64,000 bases of DNA from Anthoceros angustus (taxonomy: Eukaryota; Plantae; Anthocerotophyta): positions 3,311,478 through 3,375,477 of the forward strand of contig MU008158.1 of the NCBI GenBank assembly GCA_010909165.1, given 5' to 3'. The position numbers were made by a program, and so were the translations under genes. Positions within the stretch are counted from its first letter, which is position 1. Every line of letters starts with the position of its first letter. The notes under the pieces were generated by a model. That model saw only the letters and a list, made by a program, of their open reading frames with translations, searched no databases and was not told the DNA's origin. Positions 25,385 through 38,460 of the stretch are shown piece by piece.

Positions 25385-27170
25385 AACATCTCGCTCCTCC
25401 ACTCCTGCAACCGCCGTCAGTGAAGGCAAAGGAAGGGAAAAAAGCTGGGACACGGAGCCAAAGTCAGCAGCGTCGTCACAAAATGTGTGAGGTTTTGTTG
25501 ATGACCAAGGGTGGTGGCACATCTCGAGGCCATGCCTCCTAACTTGGTAAGGTGCTCCGCCCCTGATCGTGCATCATGTGATGTGCGTTAAGTGTGTGCC
25601 ATGAGCGGCAACTTGCATTCATGTACTTTTCTGGTACCAGAAGTGGCTATGCTCAATGGCAACCACTTCTAGCCTGAGGTTGGTAGATAGTAGTACTGGA
25701 CCAGGTGTGCTCTTCTCGAAGGTCCCCATCTCATCTTCCGAGTCTATCTCGGGGACCTCCTCATCTTTTCGGCATTCGTGCTGATACCTGCTGTAACATC
25801 AATATGCCAAGGGACAGATCCGGCAGGCCCAATTGCTGTGGTGTACAACACATACCTTACCAACCATTATTCTTTTACCGTCCTTCATCGATGTCATGTT
25901 GTGCGAAATTTGTGTGGAAGATATGTATTCACAAATTGCATTGTGCAGCAGCTTTGTACCTTTGTCCCATCAAATTTGTGAGCAAGTCATGAGTGTTGGG
26001 ATTATCCCATGCATTATGCTCCAGGAAGGTATGGTTAAAGACGCCAAGTGTTGTCACTCCTGGTTGCCTGTCAGGAGCGCACAATGGACTGCCATGCGCA
26101 ACATGCTTCTCCCACTGTGGATCCTCAAAACATCTCTCACATTTTTCCATCCCATCGTCATGGGCTGGATTCCTCCGGTGGATTTTTCCATCCCATCCCA
26201 TCTGGATTCGGTCCTGGAAGACTCCGCAGACGGCCGCACAGCCAAACCAGATGTGGACAAGTCGGAGTTCCACTAAAGTCAGTTATGGTGGACGTGGTGG
26301 GAGCCACATCCGTCGGAACCGGTTTTGGCCAGCTTGACGCCACCAAGCAGCACTACAAGTGGTGGCAGACAAAGAGGACGGAATGCTCATACATGCTGTC
26401 GTGAAAGCTGTGGACGTGGTGAGGATCGACAAGGAAGCCCCGTTGAGCAACATGGTGGGCATGTTCCTCCTTCCACTGCCCAGCACCCCGAGCATCGCTT
26501 CTGCGGAACTCTCTGGGCACCTTGGACTGGGTTCAGGTGACATATCTGTCCAGCGGACTGGGTAGGCTTGCTCTGTCATTTCCTTTCCGGACTTCCGTTT
26601 CCAAGAAAGGGACAGAGTATGTATCCTTTCCATCGAACAGCAGCTTGAAGTTCCCCTACATAGAGCAGGTGCGATTTCAAGCACATGCTCCGTTCCCGAG
26701 ACCCGGCAACGCAAGGCTCCTCAAGGCTGCTGCTTCCCTAGCAAGATTCCTCAAGTTGGAACTCGGGCGAGTGCATCCAGAGAGGCACCTCCCTGCACTT
26801 TCAGCACATGGAGCACCCGCTTGAAATCGACACCGGCCGGCACGCTAACTCCAAAGGGACAACAAGCAAGTAAAATGCGGTCGAAGAGCGAGGTGAAAGT
26901 TTGATTCACCTGACTGCTGGACTCCTGTGTACGTAAGCACAGGCCACACCACACAAATGCCCATACTGTACATACCGGACGCGGGCTCGAACTCAGGAGT
27001 CCAGGACTGCGCTTGTGGTGTCCCCTACGGACATTTGCGGATTCTATCGCAAAATGTACCGAGTATGTTTGGCTTTGCAAACATTACCTACACCAACCAC
27101 GCGGCTACCGCTTCTCGCTCCACTCAAGCCCGCGCATCAGACTCGTCCAGTTGGAGCAATGTATGACAGC

Positions 27171-27390
27171 CCTTATTCTCGGGCAAAGGTAATGGTGGGG
27201 AGTTTTAGTGGGTGAGGAAGTTTTTTCCCCAGTCCCACATAAACTCTGCGATGGTAGCAGATGGTGGCAGCCCTCATTCTCGGGCAAAGGTAATGGTGGG
27301 GAGTTTTAGTGGGTGAGGAAATTTTTCCAGAGTCCCAAGGTAATGGTGGGGAGTTTTAGTGGGTGAGGAAGTTTTTCCTAAGTCCCACAT
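27171..27390. repeat. Three copies of AAGGTAATGGTGGGGAGTTTTAGTGGGTGAGGAA
   Basis: Copies at ~27187, ~27287 and ~27338, downstream of the HIR stop codon. Confidence 0.8.
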
Positions 27391-27740
27391 AACCTGCGAT
27401 GATATCTAAGCACGTATTTAGATGACCTTGGGAGGAGTATAGGTCTCCTTGTGATGCGATAATACGATGTGTAACATAGGGGAATCAGAGCCCTTGCTGA
27501 AGATTTTCCCGGGTTTGATTTGATTTATCTTCAAAATACCAAATTAAAAAAAAAGGACTCCCCCACCCTTCCCCGTTCTTTTCTCTCCGCGCTTCTCAGT
27601 TCTCTTGGTTCTATAGCAACGGGCTGAAAAACTACACAGGATGTGGTGAGGCTCTTCACACAGCTCGGTTGGCATCTACGGGCTGAACTTTAACAAAGCG
27701 CTTGACCTGACTCATCAGCCCCGCAGAGCGGATCTGCCCT

Positions 27741-29186
27741 TTAGCTTCGCGGACTGGAGCTTGAGCTGGCTCCTGGAGCAGGCATGGCGCTCCCTTGTAT
27801 GATTCCGTTTCGGACCTGTTCAGCCACATCCTGCACATGCCCGGGCCCGTGTGGGATGAAGATGGTTGTGTTCTTGGAGCTGTTGCCGATCTCCTTCATG
27901 GTGTCGAAGTACTGTGTCACCATGACCATGTCCAAGACATCCTTTGCCGAGGTACCAGGCACGTTGTGAGAAAAGGCTAGCACGCTCTCCCTCAGCCCGT
28001 CGGTGATAGCCTGGCGTTGCCTAGCAATACCTACACCAGACAGATATTTGGCTTCTGCGTCTGCCTCTGCTCTTTTTACTTGAAGGATCTTCTCTGCCTC
28101 AGCCTTCTCCACAGCTGCCATCCGCAAGCGCTGTGCTGCAACGTGGAATTTCCACAACATCGTGAGCAAACATCCTTCTCTTGTCCCAGAAACATGCAGA
28201 TTTGGTGGTTGTTCAGAGTAAAGAAAACAGACCAGCATTGATTTCATTCATTGCTCGCCGCACTGTCGCATCAGGCTCTACATCCACAATGAGAGTCTGC
28301 TCTATGCTATATCCATAAGCACTCATGACCTGCAACAATAGAAGAGAAGAAAAATCAGCAGGCAAATGGCTCATCAGGCCAAAGCTAACAGAATGTGCAG
28401 AGGCTCAGGGCGCACACCTTCTCCAGCTCCTCTGACACAGTCCTTGCTACCTCATTTTTCTGTTCGAACACCTCGTCCAAATTCATCTTCGGAACACAAG
28501 CACGGACCACTACATACGTAGTACGCACCAAAAAGTTAGCTCCCCACATGACTGACATCTCCAAAATTTCAAGCAAAGTGGAAGACGGAAGGACAAAATA
28601 TAGAGCACTACCGTCGAAGACATAGGACTGAATCTGCTCTTTTGGATTCTGGAGCTCGTAGAATGCATCATCCGCGTCTTGCCGCACAACTCTGTATTGA
28701 ATAGAGCACACCACCGTGACGAACACATTATCCTGCCACATCGGACGGACCAATGGTCAACCAGGATACAAAACAACCCTAGGTGCAACAGAACAATTCC
28801 AGCGGCAGCTAGACAGACTAGCTAAGCAGGCAAACAATTCGCTTGAGCTCGTAACACGGCAAGCAGGAGGTTGCAGAGTAGATGAAGGACGCGTGCTCGA
28901 ACATGTCCACCCAATCAATTTCACCAAAGAAAAGAAGATCTGAAGTCGGAAGCAGGCAAAAATAGAAGGCAAGGCGGCAAGGTAAATTCTCGGGACCAAC
29001 CTTGCTCTTGGTGAGGCATCGGACCTCCAGATGCTGCACACGGAGCGAGAGCGTCCCAGCCAGGAACTCGCCAGCAAGCGGGTTGAAAAAGTGGCAACCT
29101 GGCTGAGCCATGTGGGAGAAGCGGCCCCATTTCTCAACAATGCCGACGGTAGCCTGCTCGATGCAGGCAATACAGAAGAAGGCCAT
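27741..29186 (-). CDS. HIR: Hypersensitive-induced reaction protein (SPFH/Band-7 family, HIR4-like), 5 exons
   Basis: Motifs: [100 protein letters not shown] and FIPHGPGHV. Confidence 0.95.
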
Positions 29187-32100
29187 GACTGAGATCTTTG
29201 AAACCGCAGGTGCAGGTGCCGATTCAGCCCCTACCAACTGCACCTCCCGGCGGTGACACCACCTGATGAATTTCACAAAATTGCAGGACTAGCACACAGG
29301 ACGGGGATACACCAGGACTGGACGTGGCAGAAACTCAGCCAGCGTATGCCCCCAAGCTTCCCAAACTTTGTTAGGTTGAAGTCGTAAACTTCCACTGTAC
29401 TCCATCGCCTAGCGAAATTATCCATCGCCTGGCGAAATTATGGTTTGGGGACGTTTAGATGTTTCACCCTTTTTTTTTTGGTGATGTCCCTCCTTGACAC
29501 TCCAACGGGCTTTGTCCACCGAGAACTCCAGCGTGGCGGACGCAGCGCTGGCTGCGTGACCGGGGCGTGCAACCGGGAGGAGAGCTGTGGAGCAGGAGCA
29601 GGAGCTGGCTGTGACGCTGCTCGTCTGCAGGCATGATGACTTACAACGACGATGCCAGCACGGGCTCGCAGCCTTCGACTTGGAATGCGATCCGCAGCTA
29701 CAATCTGGCCGCTTTGAATCTTTCGGGGCACTCCAGATCAATTCCCGGAGACTGCGGACGATTTTTGGGAACCCGATGGCACGAACTTGCCCTCACAACC
29801 ACCAACGGGTAATTTGGCTATCACCACTCTGAGCATTCCTACACCGCCTTCGACAACGAGGCTGCTCAGCAGCTTTTCTACACTGATTCCTTCCGGGCGA
29901 AGTGTCATACCGACTTCAACGAAATCTCGACTTTTCCACCGACGAGTATCCTAATGGCAAGATCTTTTAGGCGTACCAGGAAGATGCGGCCTCTACACCT
30001 TCGCGGAGGAAGACACGGGCAAGCCAGCCAGCCTCCTCCGGAACAGATGCAGCCTGAAGAAGGTTTTGGCGTGTCTACAGCATCAGCAGGCTGAGCAGGC
30101 GATCGGTCCATCGCGACCCCCGATCACGAACTCCCAGTCACCGCCCTGGTCACCCTGCCGAGCTGGCGCTTGAACTGGCTCCGTCCGCCACGCTGGACGT
30201 TTAAATTGGTGGACATAGGCGGTTGGAGGTCAAGGAGGACATCACAAGAAAAACAGGGTGAAACTTGTAGGAAACTTCTGGATGTCCCAAACGGCATGCC
30301 AAACGAAATTAGGTCTGTGATAAGTCCTTAAACTTAAATCCCGAACCTCCGAAACGGGCGCGGGGCCTATCCTATGCCGTTTCAAGCAGACTGCATGTGC
30401 GTAAATGACCTAGTGTGGCAAGGGGAGCAAGATTGAGCGCTCCCGTTTCACCCTGTGAATAGCTTGAGCCCCCTTGGCAGAAGAGAGTGTCGGGTAGGGC
30501 ATTGAGAAGAGTTTTTAGTAGGAATGAAAATTCTGAAGCATGGGAACGACAATCTGCTCCGTTTTCAACACTGTTCTATAATCCTCTTCAATTGATTCTG
30601 GCCTCCGTCTGGTTTAATTTGTCTGATACGACAAGCAACCTAATTGTCTGATCAGCTGCGGTCTGCAGTTACATAACAGCCTTCAAAATGCAGCAATTAA
30701 GGAAACAACCACATCAAATTGATTGATCATTGGGCCGTGATTGGATGTGAATGCAAGAGACAACATCGAGCAGCTTCATTTCCATGGGGGAGAGAACGGT
30801 ATTCTGTCTTGAGCATTCTGATGAATTTTTGGTAGGGAATGAAAATCCTGAAGAATGGAAACTCCAATCTGCTCCGTGTCCAACAATGTTGTATGACGTC
30901 TTGAATTGCATCTGGCTCTCGTCTGGTTGCGTTTGTCTGAAGCGGCGAGCTATTTAGCTGTGGTCTGCAATTGCGGGTAGTTCTCGATCATAACGAAAGT
31001 CTCCCAACCGATTTGGTATCTTTTAACCCTAGAGGTTAAAGATACAATTGCAGAACACTGCGATCTCAGTCTCACACAAACCTGCTTAAGATCAGCGCTC
31101 AGATCTGGTATAAGGATACGAAGTCGTAGAGGTAGATTGTCCTTGTTGAAGTAGTAGGATTTCAATGTAGGTAAGGTGAAAGCTTCCACAACAAAAGATG
31201 GCGCTATGAGCAGTGTGCGATCCCGCTCCGCCCTGTAGTCGTAGGTCCGCTGTCATCGCTTGACCTAGGCGTCATAGCTCTAGGGCTGCACGGAAGGACT
31301 GTAGACTCGCACACGACTCGCACTCAAACATGTCAACCCAAGAAAGCACTATCGCACCACCGGCGCATGGTGGAGGAAGCTGGATTTGAGTCGTTTCCCG
31401 ATTGTGCATATGCGGGACGGTGAATGAAAGGAGCAAATGACGATTGGAAGAAATGAGGAAGATTCCTCTCGGAAGCCATCTCTCGAGACCCGGATTGCAA
31501 GACCGAACCTATTTCGGCAATGAAACGGGATTCCGGGACTATACCGAATAGACTTAGACTCCTTCTTCTTCTTCCCGTTTCATTGCCCAAGCCAAGCCAA
31601 CTTTGAGGCCTGTTGAGGAACGACTGACATTTCCTCCCAAACCGTAGCGCAGGCTCAAGTTTGCAGGTGTTTCCTTGTTTAGGCATAGTAGCGGTAAAGT
31701 CGGGATATTTGTGAAAAAGATGGACGTGTGGTTAGGGAGGACGGGAAGTTAGGAGATAAGAAGGAGGCAGCTTGCTGGTCTGGCTAGAGTATAAAGCTGG
31801 CTCAATTTTGCTGAGTGTACTCATCCACTTCCATCAACAAGGCTATGCTTGTGTGTCCCTTTAGCTCTATTTCAGTGTGGTCACTTCTAACAGAGCTTGG
31901 GACAGGACAAACGGTCGTCGTGGCCGAACACTAAGCCGCTTAAGCTCAAAGTGAACAACCGAGCTCCCCCACAGAGAGAACAAACAGACTTGTGACTTGA
32001 GCGCTTTTTGTCCAACTCGATTGCTGCCCTTGCTGCTTTGGCATTAGCCCCCTCCACCTTTTGATTTGCAACCCCAATTCTCATCTTCTCCTTCCTAGCC

Positions 32101-34094
32101 ATACGATCCAGTCTCTAGCGGCTGTAAGAGATCGACAGACCTTGGAAAAGAAGGGACCCCTCTCGAGCACCGGGTTGCATCCGTTCTAAACAGCCAACTG
32201 TTTGCAAAGCTCAGCTTCTGCGACATATGGGAAATCTCAGTTCACTCCAAATGATATGTCCCGTGGTAGGAAAATCTCTTATCTAATTTTGATCTGTAAA
32301 TAATAATTTTGTTTTGCATAATTCCTTATTTTCTATGTACTACTAGAAGAAAGTTACCAGGCTGGATTTAGTTTAGCCAACAAAATTATGATCCTTCTAG
32401 TGATATCCCTAAGCAATTTATAATATAAATTAATTTATCTCAAGATTAAAATATAAAGATATATAATTCTTAAGAAATGTGGAGACTTTATAAATATGAT
32501 TTTTATAGATATTAAAATAAATATTAGAAATAAATTATTAAAAAATCTTGAAATCTTTTAGCTTAGGATGTCTAGTTAATACAAGCCATAGATACAACAT
32601 TGCTATATGGCCTCACCAAAGAGACTACTTTTAGTATCTAAGCTTGACCATATCAAAGTACCAAGCTTGAGTATACCAAAGTACCAAGAAGTATTTCACA
32701 ACATAACCTTGTTTGTGAACCGCAACCATGAGTCGCCATCGTTTTATGATTGCAGGTGCAATTATTTTGACTTTATCCTTTCTCACAGTGGCTGCTGCGA
32801 CACAAGGCTTTAATTTAGATGTGGTGATTCCGATGCTTTCTTTCTCCTATAAATCTTAAATTCTATCTCAAATGGTTACTATGTCAATAAATCTAACAAC
32901 CAAAATATTACTTGGAAAACCCATGATCTAATTAGGAAATCTTGTCTATCTCATAGATATAGAAAAAAAACAACATATTTTATTTTGGTTGCAAGGGGAG
33001 TTCATAGATGCAAAGTTTTGTAGACCTAGTTCCTGATGTACCTACTTCAATCTCAATTCAGTGATCTTAAATAACTGATGTCTTTATTGGGTGTCTTGTC
33101 AATAGGTGAAGAGAAGGGTTAGGGATCTTGGTAAGTTGGAAAGTTAATCATAAAAAGTGTTAGACTAACAAAATCTTCTTGTTACATGAAGATCAAGTGC
33201 ATCCATAGTTTTAACTAGTACAAGAAATAAATGTTGTACTCTCCCATTTTAACATTGTATACCTATTCAAATAATAATTATCTATTATAATGTGACACAT
33301 AATTCTCATTAAGTTACACTCTTTTTTTTTGTAGCTGGCCAGAATACGAGGCGAGCATGGCCAGAGTTGGTTGGACAAGGTGCTGGAAAAGCCAAAGAAA
33401 GCATTGAAGCAGAAAATAGACATTTAATTGTATACATACTTCCTAGCGACTCTATAGTCACAGGAAATTTTGTAGAAAATCGTGTGCGTATCTTTAAAGA
33501 TGCACACGGAAAGGTTGATTCTATACCAGTGATTGGATAACTTTTGAATGTACGTTATTTTTTAAGTTGGAAAGTAAAAAATCATAAAACATGTTTGTAT
33601 TGTGTAGAAATCTAAGGCAACAATACTTTATTAGTACTTAGTATCTGAAACATCTTGTGTTATCCTATTATAACATTGGATATGTTCATTTTTGAAGTTG
33701 TGCTTGATAACTTATTGGCAACCAAGTAGAGCAATATGGAACAGGCGCGGAATAAAATGTGTGCATATATAGACACATAGACAATCACAGACAGATTCAT
33801 CAATGAGTATGGTTAATTAAAAACATGCCTTGTGAAGAGCATGCTATCTCTTTTCGATATGTTTAATGTAGAATCCGTTTATTGTTTTTTAAAAAGTCAT
33901 GAAGAGAATCAAGAAAGCTTATGTAGTAAATTCATTATGAGTTTGATTACGATCTTGCCATCTATAAGGGTTTGATTTTTGTAATGTGTCAACCAGAATA
34001 TTTTATTTTCTCGACATACACACTTTTTGTACACGTTCCTAAAAGTAAAGCAAAGCTTCTCTAGCCCAAATCCTCCTGTCTAATATATGAAGCC

Positions 34095-34340
34095 TAGATA
34101 TTATAAAATAAAAATTTCATGCTACAATGTTATAAATAAAATGTATATTATTTATATAAAATTATATAAATCAACAATATTTTATAATAATAAATATTTA
34201 TATAAGTTTAATAAATTATAAAATAATTTAATAATAAATATTTTGTAAATTAAATTTAATAAATTATAAAATAATTTAATTATAAATATTTATATAAATT
34301 AAATTTAATAGATTATAAAATAATTTAGCAAAAAAAATTA
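34095..34340. repeat. Extremely AT-rich low-complexity tract
   Basis: Almost exclusively A/T, with degenerate TATAAAT/TAAATT units. Confidence 0.8.
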
Positions 34341-34884
34341 GGTATATAGTATTAATAAATTGCTAACCAAAAACCTACACAACGGACTAAAAACTAGCTT
34401 GAAAGGTAGAAGAGTGGGACCATGTCCACTAGAGTCTCCACCTCCACCCGGTACCCACCTATTGATGTCATCACGGAAGACCAACGAAGTGCACGTAGAT
34501 ACATATGTATGCCCGGAATACATACGTACTGTATCTAGCTATAACAAACAGAAAACGTGGCCCAAGTTGGATGGCGTCAAGAAGGCAAACAGGCGGACAG
34601 TTCGAAGTTGAAACCCTCTGTTTACGCGGGCATCGTGGGTATGTCGAGGCATTGTGGCATCCAGGTACCTATCTATTGAGCACAAGGGAGAGGGGTTTAG
34701 GTACACGTTAGAGGTGGTTGGCCATCTTGTTGGATACCTTACCCAAGTTCCCAGAATGAAAAACAATCGCGACAAGTGGGAAAGGACAGCCGAGGTGGTC
34801 AAAGCATCATCAACTACACCAAAGGCGATGCTTCGTATGATGTGAAAGCATAACATGCTTCTTCACAAAAAGGCGGATCGCACT

Positions 34885-36266
34885 CTACAACTTGTGGATA
34901 CTGAGATCCACTGCATCAGGTAGCGTGCAGTCTTCTAGCTTCTTCCACCAGCCGAAAAGAAAGTTGTCCACGACAATACGGAACCATGGTGACAGCTTGA
35001 TACCGTCCTCACCAGCATCTGCCTTTCTCACGATCTCCAGCAACTGCTCCTTGTTCACAAACTGGACATCGGAGACCTCATCTGGGTTCGGCTTCACCTC
35101 CACATCTTTCTTCAGGACGAGCAGGTAGTCCACTGAAGTAACGACAAGACGCATAATCAGTTCCTGGTAGAATGGATGGTGCGCAAGGAACAAAGAGCGA
35201 GAAGCTGTGAGCATCTTACGTTCATGTTCTCCCCATTTTCCATCAGACGGAGCCTTGTACAGGATGCGTCCAAGGACAGTGAACTCGTCTACGGGAGCAT
35301 CTTTAGCAACTATGCCAAGCTCATCGAACAACTTCCTCTGAGCTGCATTTCTGACACCTGTTACCAATGTCTCCAGATGAGAAACGTGCATGACCAAAAT
35401 CGCCGCAATTGACAACCATGCAAACGACAGGAAACGTGACCTAAATTGTTCTCCGCGATGAGCTCCGAATCCCGGTAGAGAGGGTGACTGCAGCATGTGT
35501 TCGTCCACACCTCAGGGAATGTAACCTTCGTGGCAGACCGTTTCTGCATGTGCGTCGCACAAACGCTGTCAGGCAATTCCTTCAGAAACAGCGACACTGC
35601 CTCAGCTTCATCACAATACCTGAAGGAGCAGCTCGTTTTTGGAGTTGAAAAGAAAGACACTGAAAGCCCGATGGAGCAGGTTTTCCGCTTCAATCTTCGC
35701 CATCAAGTGACCTGACCGCAAGACAGAATTAGCCACGAAGCACCAAGATCAAGAACTAGTAAGCGAAGACACAGAACACCGGGAAGGGAACGCACAATTG
35801 TACTTGGAGTCATGACCAACAACATTGTCGTGCTCATCCACCAAGATGCACCTGCACGGCATTTCCAAGTGAAATCCCTGACATTCCCGATGCCCTAGCT
35901 AGCCTGACATTCCGAAAAGCAGGATCAAGCACCCGAACGCCACGCACAAAACAATCGGCCGCGCAGACCAGGCCAAGCCAAGCCAACTCACTCGTCCTCA
36001 AACATGAGGCGCTGCTGCACCGCATCCATCACCTCCACTTCCGCCATCCCGGTCACAGACGACGCGCGCACTGGCACAAACTGGAGCAACTTCCGAGCAG
36101 GAAACGGGCTCCTGCGAGCGTCACAGCTGGGAGCAGGAAGATGCCGGGAGGAGAGGTGCGGCCGCAACGAAATGCCGCGAACAGACGAGGACGCAGGAGA
36201 TCGGCACAAGGAGGAGAGGCGTGCCGACCACCTGGAAGAGAGCGTCGCTACCGAGCCACAGGACAT
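34885..36266 (-). CDS. IDI: Isopentenyl-diphosphate delta-isomerase (type I) with N-terminal transit peptide
   Basis: Motifs: [94 protein letters not shown] and LSPWFR. ATG 36266 opens an S/R-rich presequence. Confidence 0.95.
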
Positions 36267-36712
36267 TCCTCTGCCTCTTGCTCTTCCGCCTCCAGATCCG
36301 GCAGTCCCTGCCCAGTTCCTCGCATCCGCTTCCACCCCGCGCCCGGGAGCTACGCCCCGCTCCAAGTACTCGGCCGCAACGCGATAAAGGCCACCATCGA
36401 GGTGCAGGAGCATTTCAGACATGGCTCATTGTAAACGCCCAGCAGTGGTCGCTGCCGCGTACAGACATGTATATATTTATATACCCTATGTACATATGTA
36501 GCACATGAAGCTTTGATGCGGTTGGACGTAAAGGACTGTACATACATACATACATACATACATACATAAAACCGCGGCTGGAGAACGCGCACTTGGAGGC
36601 CGGTGAGCTAACCACGGTCGCAAGGACCGGGAAACATCCTGCCAGCGACCGATGTCGGGTTAGCTAGCTCGTGCTGGAATCTGGACGCAGCAGGAAGGAA
36701 GCAGGCGCAGCC

Positions 36713-37334
36713 ATGGCGTCCACCCTCGCGTTCTCTTCGACTTCACCGTCGTCCGCGCTGTGCAGTCGCGTCTCGCTCTCCGGGGCGGGCGTGCCCGGTT
36801 TGAGTCCGGTCAGGGTTTGCGTCGGCAGGAGCGAGGCACCAGCGGCCGCCGCCAGGAGGTTTGCTCCCATCAGGGCCCAGGCGCAGGACAATGACGGCGC
36901 CACACCTACCGCCGCCGGCCTCAAGAAGGTGAGCTGCCGCGGTTTGGATTGAATCTGCGTTCCAGCCTTGCTTGGTGCTGATGCGGAATGTGAATCTCCG
37001 GTGCGGGCGACGTTAGGGCTGCTGCGACCTGCTCTAACTTGTGCTCCTGATGCTGTCGCAGAAGGGCAAGCCTGTGGTTGCCAAGCAGCGGGTGCTGTTG
37101 AGGTTTCTCTGGCTGGAGAAGAATATCGGGATAGCTCTTGACCAGGAGATTCCCGGCCATGGGTCTGTGCCCCTCAGTCCCTACTTCTTCTGGCCCAGAA
37201 AGGATGCTTGGGAGGAGTTGAGAGCCAAGCTGGAAAGCAAGTCCTGGATCTCCAGGAAGCGGACAATCATTCTTCTCAATCAGGCTACGGACATTATCAA
37301 CTTGTGGCAGCAGAGTTCCTCCGCTTCGCAATGA
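36713..37334 (+). CDS. PSRP3: Plastid-specific 30S ribosomal protein 3 (Ycf65 family), 2 exons
   Basis: Transit peptide followed by [16 protein letters not shown]...[28 protein letters not shown]...[13 protein letters not shown]. Confidence 0.93.
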
Positions 37335-38460
37335 GTTTCTTCTGTTTCCATGGGCCTGGCCGAACTCTTATCTCTCACCGATTCCTCATCATTGCCTGTT
37401 CCTGAGGTCGTTGCCTTCGATGTTGGGCTTGCGTTGGTCTGCTGAGGCAGTGCTGAAACGATGGCACTGCTTGTGCTCCTCATCCTTGTATGTATTGTCA
37501 TCTCCAAGCCAGGGGTGTCCGTCTCTACAGAACAATGTACTCTTTTGAGTTCTAGCTTCGCGAAAACCAGCTTATCGCCTGCCACCTCATTCGGGTCGTA
37601 GAGATTATGTCAACCAATTTTAACAGGAAATGTGTCGAGGATGCGCGGTCGACCAGGAAACGAATTCCCATGTTTTGTTCTAGGACAAAGTGAAAAATTG
37701 AGTTGAAATGGAAACACTGCTGGGTGTTACACCGGCATCTTGGGGAGAACCGCCCCATTCCGCCTCCCAACGAGCCTTAACTAGAGAGAGACGACAAGAA
37801 ACCTTCACCCACTAAAAAGGCCCCTGTAACTTGATGCGGCACGCCATGGAGGCATGAAAAACTAACCAAGCAGGTGACGATGGATCTGCTGCAGGTACAT
37901 GGAATCATCAGACACTTGATGTGCATGTTCTTACTACCTACTAAGAATCAACGCGGTACCAAAATACGGTAAGGCATTCACTCTTAAAAACTCGGAATGC
38001 ATAGTGTAGGATGACTCAAAAAACTTCTTCTGGACCACAGCTCTGCAGCGGTTAGGACATCACCGCAAGACATGACAACACCTCTGTAGCCCACAAAAAA
38101 GAAATCGAAGCTTACTCACGGCGAGATCAAGGAACATCAAGGAACTTCGGTACGGGTCTCAGACTAGATTCCAGAGCTTCCATGAGGCCTCTGAATCGCT
38201 GGATAGGAAAGCAGAAAATTGTGTAGATGGAATAACTGTGGGAAGACAAGTACACCAGCGATCAGTGACAACATTTGATAGCATATGTAACGAATACCTC
38301 ACAGCGAAAGGGCAATCCGAACCACGAGGGAATCACATAATTACCTTAATTAGACCCGAAGGTGCTGCAACATACTGCCCATGGCACTGATAACCCTGTA
38401 GTAGGTGTTTCTGGGTCCACATGGCCCTCAAGGCACGAAACGGCTATCACATGAAGATGG

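Noticed and set aside
1-29186. Possible defence cluster (Tm-1-like, LRR-RLK, HIR)
   Set aside because: The three families are unrelated, common and interspersed with housekeeping genes; there is no evidence of co-regulation.
34360-34856. Short ORFs downstream of IDI
   Set aside because: No recognisable motifs or coherent gene model.
2692-36266. Possible isoprenoid gene cluster (HMG-CoA lyase + IDI)
   Set aside because: The genes are 30 kb apart with unrelated genes between. HMG-CoA lyase is catabolic and not part of the mevalonate pathway.
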